A stretch of 63,862 bases of DNA, filler included, from Folioceros fuciformis (Eukaryota): NCBI GenBank assembly GCA_049999805.1. It is 5 parts of 4 records of this genome, joined end to end, with 100 filler letters (N's around TTAATTAATTAA, not from the genome) between each part and the next. Parts side by side here need not be neighbours in the genome. Positions count along the whole stretch, not along the records: positions 61,221 to 63,862 come from JBNGIO010005429.1; 4 more parts are not named here. The stretch is one strand, 5' to 3'. This document shows, piece by piece, positions 61,266-63,862 of this stretch; positions within the stretch are counted from its first letter, which is position 1; each line of letters starts with the position of its first letter. The notes under the pieces were generated by a model. It saw only the letters and a list, made by a program, of their open reading frames with translations. It did no database searches and had not been told where the DNA came from. A program made the position numbers and the translations under genes.

Positions 61266-63288
61266 TGTGGATGGAACCCGTGTGCTGAAGTTGACTGTAC
61301 ATGTGCGTGTGGGCCTAGGAGGGACAAGGGGCTACTGCTTGCAGCTAAGGACCCGCAGGGGGTCCTTCTTCCATTGCTGTCGGGTATGGGGACTGCCACA
61401 CTACTACGCTAAAGCTGTCCTGGAAGGGCTAACGGAGGAGGGGGCGTAAGCGTGGGTTGACAGGGAGCCGGTCCTTGTCCTCAGCAATAGGTCCCGGGAG
61501 GTAAGGAGAAGTCCGCTGCGACGGGACCCACTTGCACTGCCGCCGCCAAAGGTAAAGAGTGACAACGAGGGGGAGATCCTCTAGGAGGACCTGCCCGATC
61601 AGAGGAGGGGAAGAAGAGCCAGAGGTGGCTCGGCAGGAGGAAGAGCGAGAGGAGGGAGAGCGAGGGGAGCGGAAGGAAGGCGGCTGCGGGGGTGAAAATA
61701 GGTAGTAGTAATTGCATCCTAGATCCGTATCATAGACAATCTCTAGGAAATGCTTTTTGACGGACTTGACACTGTGCGCCATTAATAGCGCCTCCCTGTC
61801 CGCAAGACTAGACTTTAATTGGCAGACGAGGACCCGCCAAAGGTGATGTATAAGGGGCATGAGGACGCCTTGCAAGTTAGCAAAGCAAAGATCAACACTT
61901 CGACTTGCAGGCCTGGCGATGACCGCTGTTGGATAGGGAGATCCAAGTAGGCGAGTGCACGTAGGGTACTTGAGCGGGGTTGTCGAGGTTGCATTGTTCC
62001 GTAACAGCAATCCGAGGGACGAATCGGGAGGAGGGACCTCATCGAGTGGAAGCTTGCTTCCCTACTACCCCGAGTATTTCCCTGTTGCGAGAGTTGGTGG
62101 GAATGTGAGGGAACGAATCCGCTGGCTGCGGAGTGAAGCGGGCAACCATGTTCCTTATTCCCTGGCACCCTTCAGCTCCTCTAAAACTAGAGAAGGAGTA
62201 GACATGAGTGAAAGAGGAGGAGGCCCGGTGGAGGGTGAAGCGAGAAGGAAGAACCAAGAATGGCGAATTGAGTGTATCGAGTGTAAGAAGGAAATCGTGG
62301 ACAGTGCAAGAGAGGGGGAAGAGTAGATGGGAGTGAAACGCGTTGGTGAAACTGAGTGAAAGTCGCGACGGAAATCGGGCGTGCGCCTGAGAATCGCGGT
62401 GGTGGCGACGGAAGGAAGTCTAAGGTACAAGAGGGTCCGTGAGGAGCGGATGCAAGTTTGAGAGTTGAGGGTGTGACTGTTTGTATGGGTGACTGACGAG
62501 TGGGGAGACGGAAGGTAAGAAAACTGTAAGTGGGGGTTCTACCTGGGATTGTGGCGAGATTGGATGTGTAAACATAAGCGGGATGTGAAGGCGCTCCGGT
62601 CTGAGTGCTTGGCTGAAGCGTGAGTCTAAGGGGTGTTGCGATGGTTAGCCTGCGCACGGGCGCCGTGATAGTAGTGGGCCGGGGGCAGTTGTGTGTGTGT
62701 GGATGATGCTGAGTAAGTGTGGCCGTGAGTGAGTGTGATGGCGGTGAAGAAGCCCCTAACGTAAATTGGCGGCGACGAGAGTGGATGGTGGTATTTGGGA
62801 AGTGAGTCCGTGGAGTCGTAAGGTCTTGGGCAGTAGGGAACCCCGTGACACTAAGTAAGATCTAGGGTTACTGGAGAGGTAAGTCGCCCAAAGTAGAGAG
62901 GGAGAGAGAGAGGGGAGTGGGACCCACCGGGATAGCCGGGTTCCCGACCGTTGTGGAGTGTCCACGGGGGTTGCCGAGGGCTGAGGTTTACCAGGACCAA
63001 TAGTTGAGGAGGCCTCCGGGTAGTGGAGTGGGCCGGTAGGAAAGTTCTGGTCTAAGGTAGTGTGGTCGCAACGGAAGTAGCTGAACGATAACGGAGGTAG
63101 AGGTAGTTGAACCTGTAGGTAGTGAAGCTGGGGTAGTTGAAGTCCGACCTAGGTAGTAGCTGACTTTTAGAAGAAACCTGTGTTACTTGGCACAAATCAT
63201 TCCATTGGGATCGAATCCCAGTGCTATAATGACATAGAGGGTTTGTATGGACCTCGCAGCACCCCCGGGTGCAATATTTTCCCCCACA
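61266..63288. mobile_element. ~2-kb LTR-like element (TGTGG...CCACA) abutting the SWIM-type transposase
   Basis: Terminal TGTGG/CCACA and colinear shared blocks with 7636-8756. No TSD seen. Confidence 0.55.
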
Positions 63289-63862
63289 TGCACAAAGGCC
63301 AATTAGTAGAGGCATGTTTCACCTCATATACCAACAAGTGATTTTGTTTTTCGCTTCGGACATAGGCGGAAGAATTGGTCTCTATAGGCAAAACAACATT
63401 TCCATCACTGATTTTTGAGGCCTTTGTCATGGCATGTTGTACTATTCTCTCCAATTTAACATTTCCTATAATACCTTGTTTTTTGCACTCCACTTGGAAC
63501 CAAAAATGTGTATCTTCCACCAGCATATGGATTAACCAATCAACTCGCCATCCCTCCATTCTTCTCTTGGTCATGCTACATCGCATTTTCAAATGATTGT
63601 CATAAGATTCAATAGTGCTGTTACAATCTTGCCTTGCATGAGGTAATGTGCAAACAGCTCGTATCAACATGTGCATATTTTCCCCCCATTGATCTTTGAA
63701 ATATTGCACAAATGTAGGTTAATAAACCTCATATGTGTTGTAGAACAATTGTAGCTTTGCCTCAGCATCATGAATGCTATACCCTTTTGTGTCAATATAC
63801 ATAATTTCAGCAAGCATTGACATCATATCACCTTGTGTTTGAGCATTCTTCACCTTCCTCAA
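63289..63862 (-). pseudogene. MULE-like/SWIM zinc-finger transposase fragment
   Basis: YFKDQW...NSTIESYDNHLK...RVDWLIHML...VRSEK...YEV...WPLC, cut where the SWIM CxC motif should begin. Confidence 0.7.

Overview
TE-dense eukaryotic DNA from a land plant. GT-AG introns, telo-boxes and PLS-type PPR remnants suggest a non-seed plant such as a fern or lycophyte (inference). The window is stitched from contigs: four 100-nt N-TTAATTAATTAA-N linkers plus two plain N gaps, so adjacency across gaps is uncertain. Apparently intact host genes: an NAD(P)H:quinone oxidoreductase (3 exons), NOP10 (3 exons), a secreted ricin-B-like protein (3 exons), a secreted 199-aa beta-rich protein with two decayed paralogs, and a Pro-rich type-I membrane protein whose frame spans a gap. 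Mobile DNA: several nested Ty1/Copia elements, three PIF/Harbinger families, a LINE 3' end, MITEs, long LTR-like repeats and a MULE/SWIM-type transposase. The most notable feature is at ~52.5-59.1 kb. It is a decayed DNA-transposon-like unit in which a Sola/DUF7869-like DDE transposase gene lies head-to-head with an intron-containing gene ending in a beta-class N4-cytosine/N6-adenine DNA methyltransferase domain. A 22-bp palindrome (GTGCGCCGGTnnACCGGCGCAC) occurs just past both stop codons and in one intron of each gene. The second highlight is a cluster of secreted beta-trefoil-like proteins arranged around a 1-kb inverted duplication (18.6-32.5 kb). All family assignments are by motif recognition, not database search.
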